Of a DNA stretch of 64,000 nt, positions 39,701-50,707 are shown piece after piece. The stretch lies in contig OZ220741.1 of the NCBI GenBank assembly GCA_965116885.1, positions 224,001 through 288,000 of the forward strand, read 5' to 3'. A model generated the notes under the pieces. The model worked only from the letters and a program-made list of their open reading frames with translations, did not search any database and had not been told where the DNA came from. The translations under genes were made by a program, and so were the position numbers. Source of the DNA: Candidatus Latescibacterota bacterium. GTDB lineage: Bacteria > Latescibacterota > UBA2968. Each line of letters starts with the position of its first letter. The stretch's first letter is position 1.

Positions 39701-41508
39701 AGGCTATCAAGCACATCCAGCAGTTCCAACTCATCGCCGCGCCAAACCGCAGCCAATAATTCAAAAGAAAAATCACTCAAAAAAACACAGGCGTATTCCA
39801 TTACCTGGCGTTGCACCGCAGAAAGGGCAGTTATGCGCCTGTACAAAACCTCTGAAATGTCATTGGATAACAGGGTCTCGGGAAACTCTCCCCACTGCCA
39901 ATTGCCGTACACATTTTGCCGAACCACATCGGCATGCACCAACGTCCTCACAGCCTCCACGACAAACAGGGATTGTCCACCTGTTTCTTGGAACAGAGTT
40001 TGCAATGCATCAGAAGGTATGGACCGCTCCCCCAACATCGACGCCGCTAAATACCCCACTTCTTCTTGAGGTAGATTTTCCAACTGAATATGAGTCGCCT
40101 CGGCAAATTCATTGCCGTGTATAAACTTTTCAACTTCCTCTGGAAGCAGCTCCAGGTTAGACCATCGGCAAGTCAGGCATAACAAAAATGGACAGGGTTC
40201 TGGATCGCGCAACACATACTGCAAAAATTCCAGGGTCAATTCATCAAGCCATTGAACATCTTCCAAACACAACACAATGGGCTGTTTCTGACGCAGACGC
40301 TTTAATAACTGCAACCAGCGCTCCATAACAGAAAACTTGTCCGTCTCTAATAAATCGGGCAATCCCGCCATCAAATCCGTCGTCTTTACCTGCTGAAAAG
40401 CATCGATCAACGCACCGTATATTTGTCCACCCTCTTCCTGCCCTGCACCTTTCAAACACAGAAAGTCATGGATCAGCGCATCGCCCAAGAGTTCTTCAAT
40501 CAGTCTCGTTTTACCCACTCCAGACTCACCGGAGATCAAAACTACGCGCTGTTTGCCAGCATGTACATCCTGCAAGATCGCACCCAGTATCTTCATTTCA
40601 GATTCCCGCCCAACAAATTGCGGCCGCATAACTTTTCTATGCACATCGCGCTGCTCTTCATTCGGAAGCACCAACTCCGATGGTAAGGCACGCACCAGTT
40701 CCTCTGCCGACTGGTAACGATCAACACGCTCCTTTGCCAGCAACTTCAACACAATTTGTTTCATCTGTTCGGGAACCGCGATATTGACCTGGCCTATTGG
40801 TAGCGGTGACTCTCGAATATGCTTCATAATAACAGATATTGGGTTTTGTCCAGAAAAGGGCGGTGTGTCCGTGAGGACCTCGTATAAAATTACGCCCAAT
40901 GAGTACAGATCTGACCGATGATCCACCCACAAACCCTTACCTTGCTCTGGCGACATATACTCCGCGGTACCAATCGTTGCGCCTGTCTGCGTAATGGAGG
41001 CACTATGTAGATGCCTGAATTTCGCCAACCCCAGATCCAGGATCGTGGTCTCAATCCCCTCTTTTGTCTCCACAACCATAATATTGGATGGCTTGAGATC
41101 GCGATGCACCGCACCCTGCGCGTGGATATAAGCCAACCCCTCGGCAATTTGTTGTATCAAATCAAAAAAGTGAGAAGTTCGAAATTGCCCTAAAAATGCC
41201 TGATCGGCAATTATTTTTTCCAATGTCTTTCCGGGCAAATATTCCATTGTAAAATAGGGACGCTCCTCGGCAAAGCCCCAGGTGTATGTGCGAACCAGAC
41301 GCGGGTGCTGGAATCGGTTCAACACCTGAAATTCTCTGTGAAAACGGCGGCGCACAGCCTGCTCATCCATCATTTCATTCAAAATTTTGAGCGCACACTC
41401 CTCGTCTTGCTCCAGGTCCAGAACCCGATAGACTTCACCCATGCCCCCGGATCCCAGATGTGTCTGGATTTGATATTTGTTGTCGAGAATGGTACCGATT
41501 TCAAACAT
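36703..41508 (-). CDS. Ser/Thr kinase-AAA ATPase-TPR-GAF-sigma54 activator-HTH multidomain regulator
   Basis: GSGGMG, ALK, HRDLKPSN, DLG, YMSPEQ; FVGRE and GESGVGKT; TPR region; GAF (RSVLCVPL); GETGTGKE, GAFTGA, FLDEIG, WPGNVRELEN; Fis-type HTH. Start MFEIG at 41508. Confidence 0.93.
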   Translation of the reverse strand: MFEIGTILDNKYQIQTHLGSGGMGEVYRVLDLEQDEECALKILNEMMDEQAVRRRFHREFQVLNRFQHPRLVRTYTWGFAEERPYFTMEYLPGKTLEKIIADQAFLGQFRTSHFFDLIQQIAEGLAYIHAQGAVHRDLKPSNIMVVETKEGIETTILDLGLAKFRHLHSASITQTGATIGTAEYMSPEQGKGLWVDHRSDLYSLGVILYEVLTDTPPFSGQNPISVIMKHIRESPLPIGQVNIAVPEQMKQIVLKLLAKERVDRYQSAEELVRALPSELVLPNEEQRDVHRKVMRPQFVGRESEMKILGAILQDVHAGKQRVVLISGESGVGKTRLIEELLGDALIHDFLCLKGAGQEEGGQIYGALIDAFQQVKTTDLMAGLPDLLETDKFSVMERWLQLLKRLRQKQPIVLCLEDVQWLDELTLEFLQYVLRDPEPCPFLLCLTCRWSNLELLPEEVEKFIHGNEFAEATHIQLENLPQEEVGYLAASMLGERSIPSDALQTLFQETGGQSLFVVEAVRTLVHADVVRQNVYGNWQWGEFPETLLSNDISEVLYRRITALSAVQRQVMEYACVFLSDFSFELLAAVWRGDELELLDVLDSLIAEGLLITYGDEERYRFAQGLCRRAIYNRMQAVRRRLLHREIGNALEETEDAEELTEELADHFAAAKERDKAVKYMRLSGKKALEQHACRQALMRFEAVRDWTADDAFESRADVIEFLCDYADALRNCSQHNRALELLDEAKALLPDDRNDLKARILWNEGGIHIVLQHGEIAKEYMLEALQLYSGLGDVEGEIQALGSLAQLCDVSGQHEEAIAYMRREIEKRRSLGDSQNEVFIQGREGMVALVGFQFEIAKGYLETAVKTFRQLGLEHYRLWALNLLTRVYFYLGDLNRAEAVCHEVIGEWQKQGLVYGEAVSFLYLGELALEHGDFAEALEYAETSAERFLEIPRKDYVYRAYAIAATAAVRIGDVETALEWAEKASEGTQQTSGMYTGILPLVYSGIGVAFAQAGRTAEAVEAFEQAIECRRESKGDHWARALLMAGEFYLKRDDVPRAKAHLEVAKQAFGEMEMSYFFEKTQVLLDQLGKSSRGDDAALSSEISVDTLSVDRLRLLYYVSQELTTERDVKVLLDRTLGNLLVVYPAERVVVAIKNKTQKGFVVDALRHHNVEADDAETLSRGIIRGVIETNKPVLSFDAQSDERLNRYQSVIDYDIRSVLCVPLFHVKEGVMGALYVDHRGISNAFSEADQTFLQAFANLVGVALANAKMYEQLEEKAQYLQQEVERRHQLGDMVGQSDAMQAIYQLIERAAKSDIPVLVQGETGTGKELAARAIHYNSTRKDRRFLSENCAALSPELLQSELFGHKKGAFTGANEDHKGIFEAADGGTVFLDEIGDAPPELQRSLLRVLQEGEIRRVGETEDRTVNVRIIAATNRDLKKEVENGSFREDLYYRLHVIQIDMPPLREHIEDVPVLTEHLLIRAKEEANKSVGGLTVGAIRALTSYNWPGNVRELENEIRLAVALAEEDGAITPDLFSEAVGHKVSDVSTEYQGRLQDLMQEYERRLIRNALERCEGNITHAAEELGVARISLYRKINRLGLR

Positions 41509-41527
41509 AAAAGCAACCACCGTCAGA

Positions 41528-41564
41528 AGCGGTGTACAACTGGTCAATTTCCAGACCAGTTCAT
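41528..41564. repeat. Family C hairpin repeat in the leader of the kinase-activator gene
   Basis: AGCGGTGTACAACTGGTC-loop-GACCAGTTCAT; related copies at 50585-50621 and 23878-23907. Confidence 0.7.
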
Positions 41565-41584
41565 CAGGATATGCAAGATTAAAT

Positions 41585-41625
41585 GCATGACAAGATATAG
41601 CGTTGTTGCGTAAGGTCAAATATAT
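41585..41625. repeat. 41-bp direct repeat, right copy; promoter-like
   Basis: 40/41 identical to 26492-26532. Confidence 0.85.
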
Positions 41626-41661
41626 ATTTGGGGAATCACCGTCGAAAACATTAGCAGTATA

Positions 41662-41700
41662 AACCAAAAAACCACGCCCAAAGGACGTGGTTTTTTGGTT
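41662..41700. terminator. Intrinsic terminator after the GWxTD gene
   Basis: AACCAAAAAACCACG-loop-CGTGGTTTTTTGGTT. Confidence 0.75.
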
Positions 41701-41770
41701 ATAGACTTGACTCGTTTTAGTCGATAACAGAAATAAATCCACTGGTCGAGACAAAAGTCGAGAAGGTCAT

Positions 41771-44251
41771 TTACTCTACAATCCGAAAATAGACGTATTT
41801 TCTATCCGTCTGCTCAGTTCGCTTGTCCTTCGCCAATACCGTCAATTGATAAATCCCTTCAGGCACCTGGTTCACATCGATCTGCAAATACGTGAAATCA
41901 TCTTCTCGATTGCCTTCGTAATTTGCCGTCACTGTGCGCGTCAAATCGCCATCTTTTGATCGCTCGATCTTCAAGCCCTCAGCGGCGATATGATGAACCT
42001 GCCCACCACTCGTATAAACCCTCGTCTCGCCCCATATATCGCTATCTGCGAATACGCTACTGCCCTCCTCACTATCCGCTGACCAACTGGCCTGCAACTC
42101 CTCGGCAACTATATGATCTATTTGTCCACTCTGCAGATCAATCTCAGTTCTACCCATCGTCTCAATCAGATCTTGAGACGCGAATAATGTGGGCGATAGC
42201 GTATCTATCTCTGGCTTGCCAATGGTGTAGGAGATCTCATACTGCGTGCTGCCAAAATTGTCGCGTTTGAGATCATACAGTTCCAGATAGATAAAGACCG
42301 GTTCAGATGGTGAAAATGTGCGGACGGGATTGGGTGTGATGTGCAGATCATCACGGCTTTCTGGCAATGCTTCCTTCGCTTGAATATCACTGCCGACCAA
42401 CAGATCACTCAGATGAAAGGTCTCATCGCCATAGACATACTGCTTCTCATCGCGTGCTATACCAATGAACCCAGATGTCTGATCCATAAATTCTACTGAA
42501 AAATGATAGCGTCCCTGGGGTACAGACACCTGGCGCGAGACCAACAGGTGATCGTTGCGATGCTTCGCGGCTGCGTTTTGTGCAGGTTTCTGTGGCGGTA
42601 ATGCGAAGGTCCTGGATAGGCGATCATTATACATATCATTCCACTGTTCATCAAAGAAGAAGACGCCATCCCAAAAACTCACCTTGCCCGTTTCAAAATT
42701 TTCTGCTAATCGGTCTTTCGGAATCATATAGCTGAGTTCGACCCGCACGCTGTCTCGTTCTTCAAAGGCGGCGATCTGATGGGGAAGGGTGTATTTGCGA
42801 TCGAGGTAAGGATCGACAAACCGTTGCTCTGTTTTTTTGAATACATTATATGAGGCTTCCCGAAGTGTACGAGGCACAGGAGCAAAGGCTCGTCTCAGCG
42901 TAAATTTAGGATCCCTATCCGCGAGCACCCCAAACTCAGGAAGCTTAGCCCCGAAGTCGTATTGACGGAAAACACTTGCTCCTACAGGTAGGCGCTGGTT
43001 GACACCATACCATGAACCGCCGCAAAAATACCAGCTATCATCCGTAGTGCCACAAAATTTGAACTGAAAGTCTTCGTAATACCAGAATTCCATCATTGCA
43101 GCATCCAGGACCTCTTCAGAATCCCATGTCCCTTTATTGGTTGTCACGCGACGTCTATATCTTCCAAATTTGATATAAGTCTTCCCCATATCCGTCTGCC
43201 AGCCTTCAACATCATCTGAAAATCGCCTGAACCGCAAATTCGAATACGCCATACGACCAAAGTGCTCCATCTTTCTTTCATTAAAATCAGATAAATAGAG
43301 TGGGTCCTGGTGCTTCCAAAACATCTCGCGTTCCAATAGCGCATCTATCGTCTGCGTCGTATCGCGGGGTGCATGATCTTCTTCGGGCACAAGCAGGTCG
43401 ATAGATTCGAGTAACTCGCGTTCTTCAATACTTATCAAGTCAAGGGCGCGTTGATAGTATTCATGCGATTCATCGAATTCGCCAATCTGATAGGCAGCAA
43501 GGCCACAGAATAATAGTGCATTTTTGTCATCTGGGTTGTGCGCGTACAAGTCTTGCATCAAGGTTTGAAACGCATACCAGTCCTCATCTTCAAAGTAGAG
43601 TATGCCCAAAAAATAATAAGGTTGCTGGTTAGCTCCATCCAATTGGATGCTTTTTCGCAGGACCTGCACTGCTTCTTGTTTGGATTCCTCGGCAAAGGTC
43701 TTGAAATCTTTTATCCTATGATTCATTGCCATTTTATCGAAATCTCTGAATATAAGGGATCTCATGTCCATCTCTTGTGATGGCGCTCTTCTATCTTTCT
43801 GTGACAGGAAATCATACACCCAAAACATACCTATACTATTGAGGACATCCGTATTGTTGGGATGCTTTTTCATCACGTTCTTGAATTGGTTCAATGCCCG
43901 AAATCGAAAGCTCTGTGCCCACCAGATTTTCCCGCGTGTCAGCCGATATTCAGCATTGTCGGGATCACTTGCGATTGCCTGCTGTATCATCCGCATTGCA
44001 CGCTGTCGGCCATTCACGCTGTGGTCCAACAGATGCAGTTTGGCCAATTCGTTGTATGCAGGGGCATAATTTCTGTCTTTGGAAATAATCTCCTCGAAAG
44101 CTTTGATGCTTTCCTTCCGACTCACCTGACCAACTTGCTCCAGTGCATCCTGAAACAGCGCATCTATTGTGGTTTCGCCTCTGGACAAGCCAGAACCAAA
44201 GATGCAAAACAACAGTGTAAAACCCGTATAAATTACTGATCCCGCTTTCAT
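41771..44251 (-). CDS. Secreted GWxTD-domain protein with TPRs
   Basis: Signal peptide, TPRs, FWKHQDP...NER..EH..R...S..RF, GWQTDMG.TYIKFG. Confidence 0.87.
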   Translation of the reverse strand: MKAGSVIYTGFTLLFCIFGSGLSRGETTIDALFQDALEQVGQVSRKESIKAFEEIISKDRNYAPAYNELAKLHLLDHSVNGRQRAMRMIQQAIASDPDNAEYRLTRGKIWWAQSFRFRALNQFKNVMKKHPNNTDVLNSIGMFWVYDFLSQKDRRAPSQEMDMRSLIFRDFDKMAMNHRIKDFKTFAEESKQEAVQVLRKSIQLDGANQQPYYFLGILYFEDEDWYAFQTLMQDLYAHNPDDKNALLFCGLAAYQIGEFDESHEYYQRALDLISIEERELLESIDLLVPEEDHAPRDTTQTIDALLEREMFWKHQDPLYLSDFNERKMEHFGRMAYSNLRFRRFSDDVEGWQTDMGKTYIKFGRYRRRVTTNKGTWDSEEVLDAAMMEFWYYEDFQFKFCGTTDDSWYFCGGSWYGVNQRLPVGASVFRQYDFGAKLPEFGVLADRDPKFTLRRAFAPVPRTLREASYNVFKKTEQRFVDPYLDRKYTLPHQIAAFEERDSVRVELSYMIPKDRLAENFETGKVSFWDGVFFFDEQWNDMYNDRLSRTFALPPQKPAQNAAAKHRNDHLLVSRQVSVPQGRYHFSVEFMDQTSGFIGIARDEKQYVYGDETFHLSDLLVGSDIQAKEALPESRDDLHITPNPVRTFSPSEPVFIYLELYDLKRDNFGSTQYEISYTIGKPEIDTLSPTLFASQDLIETMGRTEIDLQSGQIDHIVAEELQASWSADSEEGSSVFADSDIWGETRVYTSGGQVHHIAAEGLKIERSKDGDLTRTVTANYEGNREDDFTYLQIDVNQVPEGIYQLTVLAKDKRTEQTDRKYVYFRIVE

Positions 44252-44351
44252 GTTTTTCTCCGTATCTACCGTGAACCCTGCGAAATGTGATAAAAGCAAT
44301 CGAAATTGCAACTTGAGAGATCACCGCGGCTTTGTGTACGCAAAAATATAA

Positions 44352-44367
44352 AGCAATTTCCGTGCCA
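44352..44367 (-). promoter_or_regulatory. Sigma54 promoter of the GWxTD gene
   Basis: TGGCACGGAAATTGCT; UAS-like boxes TGTCCGATTTTGATACA and TGTCCGAAAATGAACA at 44433-44469. Confidence 0.8.
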
Positions 44368-44475
44368 AAATATTCTTCTCTATATTTTACAATTAGTTAC
44401 AAAAATTTGTGCCATGAACGCAGTTTAATAAGTGTCCGATTTTGATACAGTGGTGTCCGAAAATGAACACTTAAT

Positions 44476-44512
44476 AAAAAAATAGGCACATTGTTTTATT
44501 TCAATGTGCCTA
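44476..44512 (-). terminator. Terminator after the TRAP permease gene
   Basis: TAGGCACATTG-loop-CAATGTGCCTA with a T-run on the minus strand. Confidence 0.7.
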
Positions 44513-44595
44513 CTGTATCTTCCTTAGAACCATCGTTTACCACAACGAATGCTCAAATGTGCTGGGCTTGCTTATAAAGTCGCGCAACATCAATT

Positions 44596-46491
44596 CTAAT
44601 TGAGATGGATAGACCTGGCATGTTTTTGCACCAACATCAAAACGAGAAAAATCGCCGCCCCAACAGCATGACATACCAGCAAAGGCCAAAGCAACAGCAC
44701 CGCTGCCGCCAGGAATAAGACGCGGTATAGAACACCCAGCGACACCATGTGAAAACCCTCAGAAGCCGCTGCAAAAGACAGCAGCCCCAGAAGCGTAGCT
44801 ATCACAGTCTCAATAACGCGCCAGGTCTCCCCTTCAAAAAGGATAGGCGTATAGCAAAAAAGCAAGGGAATAAAATAAATACCCTTGGCAATGCGCCACG
44901 ACTCAAAACCCGTACGCAGCGGATTCGCCCCCGCAATACCCGCGGCGGAATACGCAGCCAGACAAACCGGCGGCGTGACATTGGCATCTTGCGAATACCA
45001 AAAAATCAGCAAATGCGCCGCAATCAGACTCACCCCCAGATTGGTCAGCGCGGGCGCAGCCAGCACTGCCAGCACGATATAAGAAGCCGTCACCGGCAAG
45101 CCCATGCCCAAAATCAGAGACGCAACGGCAATGAGCACAACAGTAATAAGCACACTGCTTCCGGCAATCGCCGAAATAAGCAAAGAAAATTTGATCCCAA
45201 CGCCCACCATCAGCACCACACCCACAATAATACCAGCGCACAAAAGAATAATACCCGTTGTAATCATATTGTGAGCACCCAGCGCAAGGGCATCGACAAT
45301 ATCTCGAATATTCATGCGCGTGTTCTTATTCAACCAACTCGTCACAACAATACTTGCAGTTCCCGTTGCCGCTGCAAACGTGGGTGTAAAACCGTAGATC
45401 AGTGTGCCCACCAGCACCCCAATAGGAATCGCAAAATGCCAGCCTTCGCGGATCGTATCGCGGATATCCGGAAGTTCCGAAGCAGGCAAAGGCACAATCC
45501 CCCGTTTTCGCGCGCGAAAATGAATAAAAAAAGTAACACTCAAAAAATAGATAAGCGCGGGGATAAAGGACACGGCGACAATAGTCAGATAGGGAATTTG
45601 CGTCCACTGACTCATAATAAACGCGCCCGCGCCCATAATCGGTGGCATGAGTTGACCGCCCGTAGATGCCGCCGCCTCGACCGCACCTGAAAACGTAGGC
45701 GAAAAACCCGTGCGCTTCATCATCGGGATCGTGAGCGAACCCGACCCCACCGTATTCGCCACAGCACTCCCCGAAATTGAACCGAGCATACCACTGGCAA
45801 AAACCGCCATCTTTGCCGGTCCCCCCACCGTGCGCCCGAGCAACGCGAGCGCCAGACGAATCATAAAATCGCCCGCACCCGAACGCAGGAGAAACGCGCC
45901 AAAAAGCACAAAAAGCGCGACAAAAGTAGATGAAATCGTCGCAATCGTACCAAAAATACCATCGGGTGCGAAATACATGCGATACAACAAGCGCGGCAAT
46001 GACACACCGGGAAACGCCCATATACCCGAAATATATTGCCCCCAAAAAAGCGCGTAAGTGAGAAATACGAGCGCGAGCAACGGAATAAAAAAACCAGTCG
46101 TACGACGGGTAATCTCGAGCAAAAGGAGAATCGCAATACCCGCAAAAACGAGATCAGCCGTATTCGGCACCTCATTGCGGGCGTGCAACGCATCCTCAAA
46201 AAACACGAGATAAAGGGCGACGGCAACAGATAGGATGGCGAAAAAATAATCGAGAATCAGCGTGCGCGAGGCATAGCGCGAAGAAATGGGATAAAGCAGA
46301 TATCCCAAAAAAAGAATGAAGGCATAATGGGTGGCATTGCGCTGCAATTCGGGCAAAACGCCCAGCGTATTGCTCCACAGGTGAAACAGAGACAGACACA
46401 CCCCCACAACAACGACCAGCACCTGATGCCTGCCAGTAAGCACGCGATGGGGCGTACTCACTTCGCCGCCCTGTTCAAATTCCGAATTCAA
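44596..46491 (-). CDS. TRAP transporter fused permease (4TM/12TM, TAXI type)
   Basis: GGPAK, SGSAVAN, EAAASTGGQLMPPIMGAGAF, LGMGLP, VTPPV.LAAY. Confidence 0.93.
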   Translation of the reverse strand: MNSEFEQGGEVSTPHRVLTGRHQVLVVVVGVCLSLFHLWSNTLGVLPELQRNATHYAFILFLGYLLYPISSRYASRTLILDYFFAILSVAVALYLVFFEDALHARNEVPNTADLVFAGIAILLLLEITRRTTGFFIPLLALVFLTYALFWGQYISGIWAFPGVSLPRLLYRMYFAPDGIFGTIATISSTFVALFVLFGAFLLRSGAGDFMIRLALALLGRTVGGPAKMAVFASGMLGSISGSAVANTVGSGSLTIPMMKRTGFSPTFSGAVEAAASTGGQLMPPIMGAGAFIMSQWTQIPYLTIVAVSFIPALIYFLSVTFFIHFRARKRGIVPLPASELPDIRDTIREGWHFAIPIGVLVGTLIYGFTPTFAAATGTASIVVTSWLNKNTRMNIRDIVDALALGAHNMITTGIILLCAGIIVGVVLMVGVGIKFSLLISAIAGSSVLITVVLIAVASLILGMGLPVTASYIVLAVLAAPALTNLGVSLIAAHLLIFWYSQDANVTPPVCLAAYSAAGIAGANPLRTGFESWRIAKGIYFIPLLFCYTPILFEGETWRVIETVIATLLGLLSFAAASEGFHMVSLGVLYRVLFLAAAVLLLWPLLVCHAVGAAIFLVLMLVQKHARSIHLN

Positions 46492-46493
46492 AC

Positions 46494-47543
46494 CTATTCC
46501 CCTATCAGAGACGGCGCAATATCGATACCCTTCTCGCGATAATAGCGCGCGGCACCCGCATGCAGGGGAACAGCCAGGCCCATCGTCGCTTTATCGAGAG
46601 ACATTGCGAGCGTGGCCTTGTGGATATTTTGAATCTCCTCTAAATTTTCATAAATAGTTTTTGTAATCTCATAGACCACGTCCTCGGGCAAATCTGCTCT
46701 ACACGCCAAAAAATTGGGTTGTGCAATCGTCTCAATCGCTTCGGACTGCCCGGGATACGTATTGGCCGGAATAATATAGCGCGTCCACATGGGAAACGCA
46801 TTTTGGACCGCCGCGAGATGATCATCGCTAAAAGCAAGCACAGAAACCCCGTCTGCACCGAGCTGGGCAAAAGCCTGCGTCACAGCAGCCACGGGCGGAC
46901 CAGCCGAAAGCGTCGCCCCTGCAATACGGCCGTCAATCATAGCCTGAGCAGACGGACTATAACCCAAATACTCAGACGTAAAATCCTCATCCGGAGAAAT
47001 ATTAAGCGCTGCGAGAATAGTTCGCGTCGCGCCTTCTGTACCACTGCCGCGTTTGCCAATAACGTATTTGCGGCCGAGTTTTCTCAAGTCCTCAACAGTA
47101 CCTGTTTTGGCATCAGACGCCCGAAGTATAAAATGCTCGACATTCTCCCAGAGCAGGGTAATAGACCGGAGATCTCTAACCGCTTGCCCCTCATAAGTAC
47201 TCTCTCCGCGATAAGCCATCGCACCGTACAAACCCAGCAAAATCGCCAGATGTGCCTCTCGATTGACCAGCATCTGAATATTCTCGGCCGACCCTGCAGA
47301 ATTGATAGCTGCGACCACAATCCCGGGCTGTAGCTTCTGTGTAATCGTCGTACTCAGCGCAACACCCACCGGATAATACGTACCGCCGGGCGTGGCTGTC
47401 GCAATAATCAAATTCTGCGTCTGCATACCCTCCTGCGGTGCTCCACAGGAGATACAGAATATAAAGGCGAAAAGCAACCACCGATGAACACGGATAAACA
47501 CAGATGAAAGGAAAGGATGCAAAAAGGAAGATATACGCGACAT
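46494..47543 (-). CDS. TAXI-family TRAP substrate-binding lipoprotein
   Basis: IATA..GGTYYPVG, GS.ENI, GSGT, PLH.GA.RYY.E; start uncertain. Confidence 0.92.
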   Translation of the reverse strand: MSRISSFLHPFLSSVFIRVHRWLLFAFIFCISCGAPQEGMQTQNLIIATATPGGTYYPVGVALSTTITQKLQPGIVVAAINSAGSAENIQMLVNREAHLAILLGLYGAMAYRGESTYEGQAVRDLRSITLLWENVEHFILRASDAKTGTVEDLRKLGRKYVIGKRGSGTEGATRTILAALNISPDEDFTSEYLGYSPSAQAMIDGRIAGATLSAGPPVAAVTQAFAQLGADGVSVLAFSDDHLAAVQNAFPMWTRYIIPANTYPGQSEAIETIAQPNFLACRADLPEDVVYEITKTIYENLEEIQNIHKATLAMSLDKATMGLAVPLHAGAARYYREKGIDIAPSLIGE

Positions 47544-47587
47544 AAAAAACCTCATATCAAAAAAGTGAACAGATATTTATCAGCCTA

Positions 47588-47663
47588 ATTATACCCGCCC
47601 ACCTATATGCGTCAAGGGAAAACACCTTTGCGCCTTGACAACCTCTGTTGCGATTTCTATACT
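47588..47663. promoter_or_regulatory. Divergent sigma70 promoters
   Basis: Plus strand TTGACA-N17-TATACT (47635-47663); minus strand TTGACG-N16-TATAAT (47588-47615). Confidence 0.7.
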
Positions 47664-47682
47664 TCCCCTGAGGAATAGACCT

Positions 47683-48666
47683 ATGGACAACACGCGCACA
47701 ATTCTCTTTTGCACACTCGCATCCGTCCTGCTCTTGTCTGGCTGTGCCGAGTATCGGGCGTATCGCCATTTAGACCGCGCAGTTGCTCTCGAAGCCAATC
47801 GGGATTACGAAACCGCGCTCGCGATATTTCAGGCTGCTGTGGATATATGCCCTGAAGACGTAGTTTTGCGGCGGTGGTTGGGCAGGGCATATTTGAGACG
47901 CAACCAATACGACGCAGCGCGAGCCGAGTTCGAAACGGCGCTCGGATTGGCACCTGATTATATGCGCTTGTACCGCGATCTTGCAATCGTCAACGAAGCA
48001 CTCGAGAGACCAGAAGTTGCGATCGCGTGGCTGGAAAAAGCCGTATCACAGGTACCCGAGCATCGGGAATCTTACCGCGATCTCGTCAGTCTCTATCTGT
48101 CCCACGACCGGTTGAGCGAAGCGCAATCCCTTTTGGAAACAGTTGTCGAACAGTGGCCAAAAACGATATGGGCACATTTTCAACTGGGCGGTCTCTATAT
48201 GGTGTTAAAATGGCCCGAACGCGCTGAAGAAGCTTATGTACAGGTACTGAACATCGAGCCAAAAAACGACAATGAAGCAGAAATACGAGCACGCACCCAC
48301 GGCGAATTGGGCAATGTTTATTACGAGCGCAAAAACTATGAGCGCGCCGAGGAATTTTACAAAAAAGCACTGGAAATCAACCCTCTTGACGACAGCAGCC
48401 TGAACAATCTCGCCTGGATATACGCCATTCAGGGCATTCACCTGCGCGAAGGTATTCGCCTGTCGCGGCGGTCTTTGCGCCTGCGTCCACACACCCCATC
48501 CTACCTGGACACACTGGCCGAACTGCATTACCGGATGGGCAATACCGAACGCGCCATTTTCATCATCCGCCAAGCCATTGCATTGGATCCGGATAACCCG
48601 GAGATGCGCGCCCATCTACATCGGCAACTCGCCAAATTTATTTCCGGCGGCCGGGGAAAGGTATAA
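47683..48666 (+). CDS. TPR lipoprotein
   Basis: LSGC lipobox, TPRs, NNLAW and YLDTLA motifs. Confidence 0.87.
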   Translation: MDNTRTILFCTLASVLLLSGCAEYRAYRHLDRAVALEANRDYETALAIFQAAVDICPEDVVLRRWLGRAYLRRNQYDAARAEFETALGLAPDYMRLYRDLAIVNEALERPEVAIAWLEKAVSQVPEHRESYRDLVSLYLSHDRLSEAQSLLETVVEQWPKTIWAHFQLGGLYMVLKWPERAEEAYVQVLNIEPKNDNEAEIRARTHGELGNVYYERKNYERAEEFYKKALEINPLDDSSLNNLAWIYAIQGIHLREGIRLSRRSLRLRPHTPSYLDTLAELHYRMGNTERAIFIIRQAIALDPDNPEMRAHLHRQLAKFISGGRGKV

Positions 48667-48729
48667 TGAATTAAAAATTGGGAAGCAAGGCGGAATAACC
48701 ACTAACCATTAATCATTAACCACTGACTT

Positions 48730-50567
<1,838 letters not shown>

Positions 50568-50584
50568 AAAGCGCGAATAGACGG

Positions 50585-50685
50585 AGCGGTGTACAACTGG
50601 CCGCCTCTCAGGCCAGTTCATAGACGAATAGACGAACCCCGCCCTACCATCCAACGGGCGGGCACAGGGGCACCGCCCCTACATT
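50585..50685. repeat. Family C hairpin plus family-A REP composite
   Basis: AGCGGTGTACAACTGGCC-loop-GGCCAGTTCAT, then the REP at 50656-50682. Confidence 0.78.
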
Positions 50686-50707
50686 GATTCGCTGAAAGGC
50701 ACAAAAA

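Noticed and set aside
41509..41754. 82-aa N-terminal extension of the kinase-activator in the ORF track
   Set aside because: It spans a terminator, the promoter-like direct repeat and a hairpin repeat; the kinase domain starts at MFEIG (41508).
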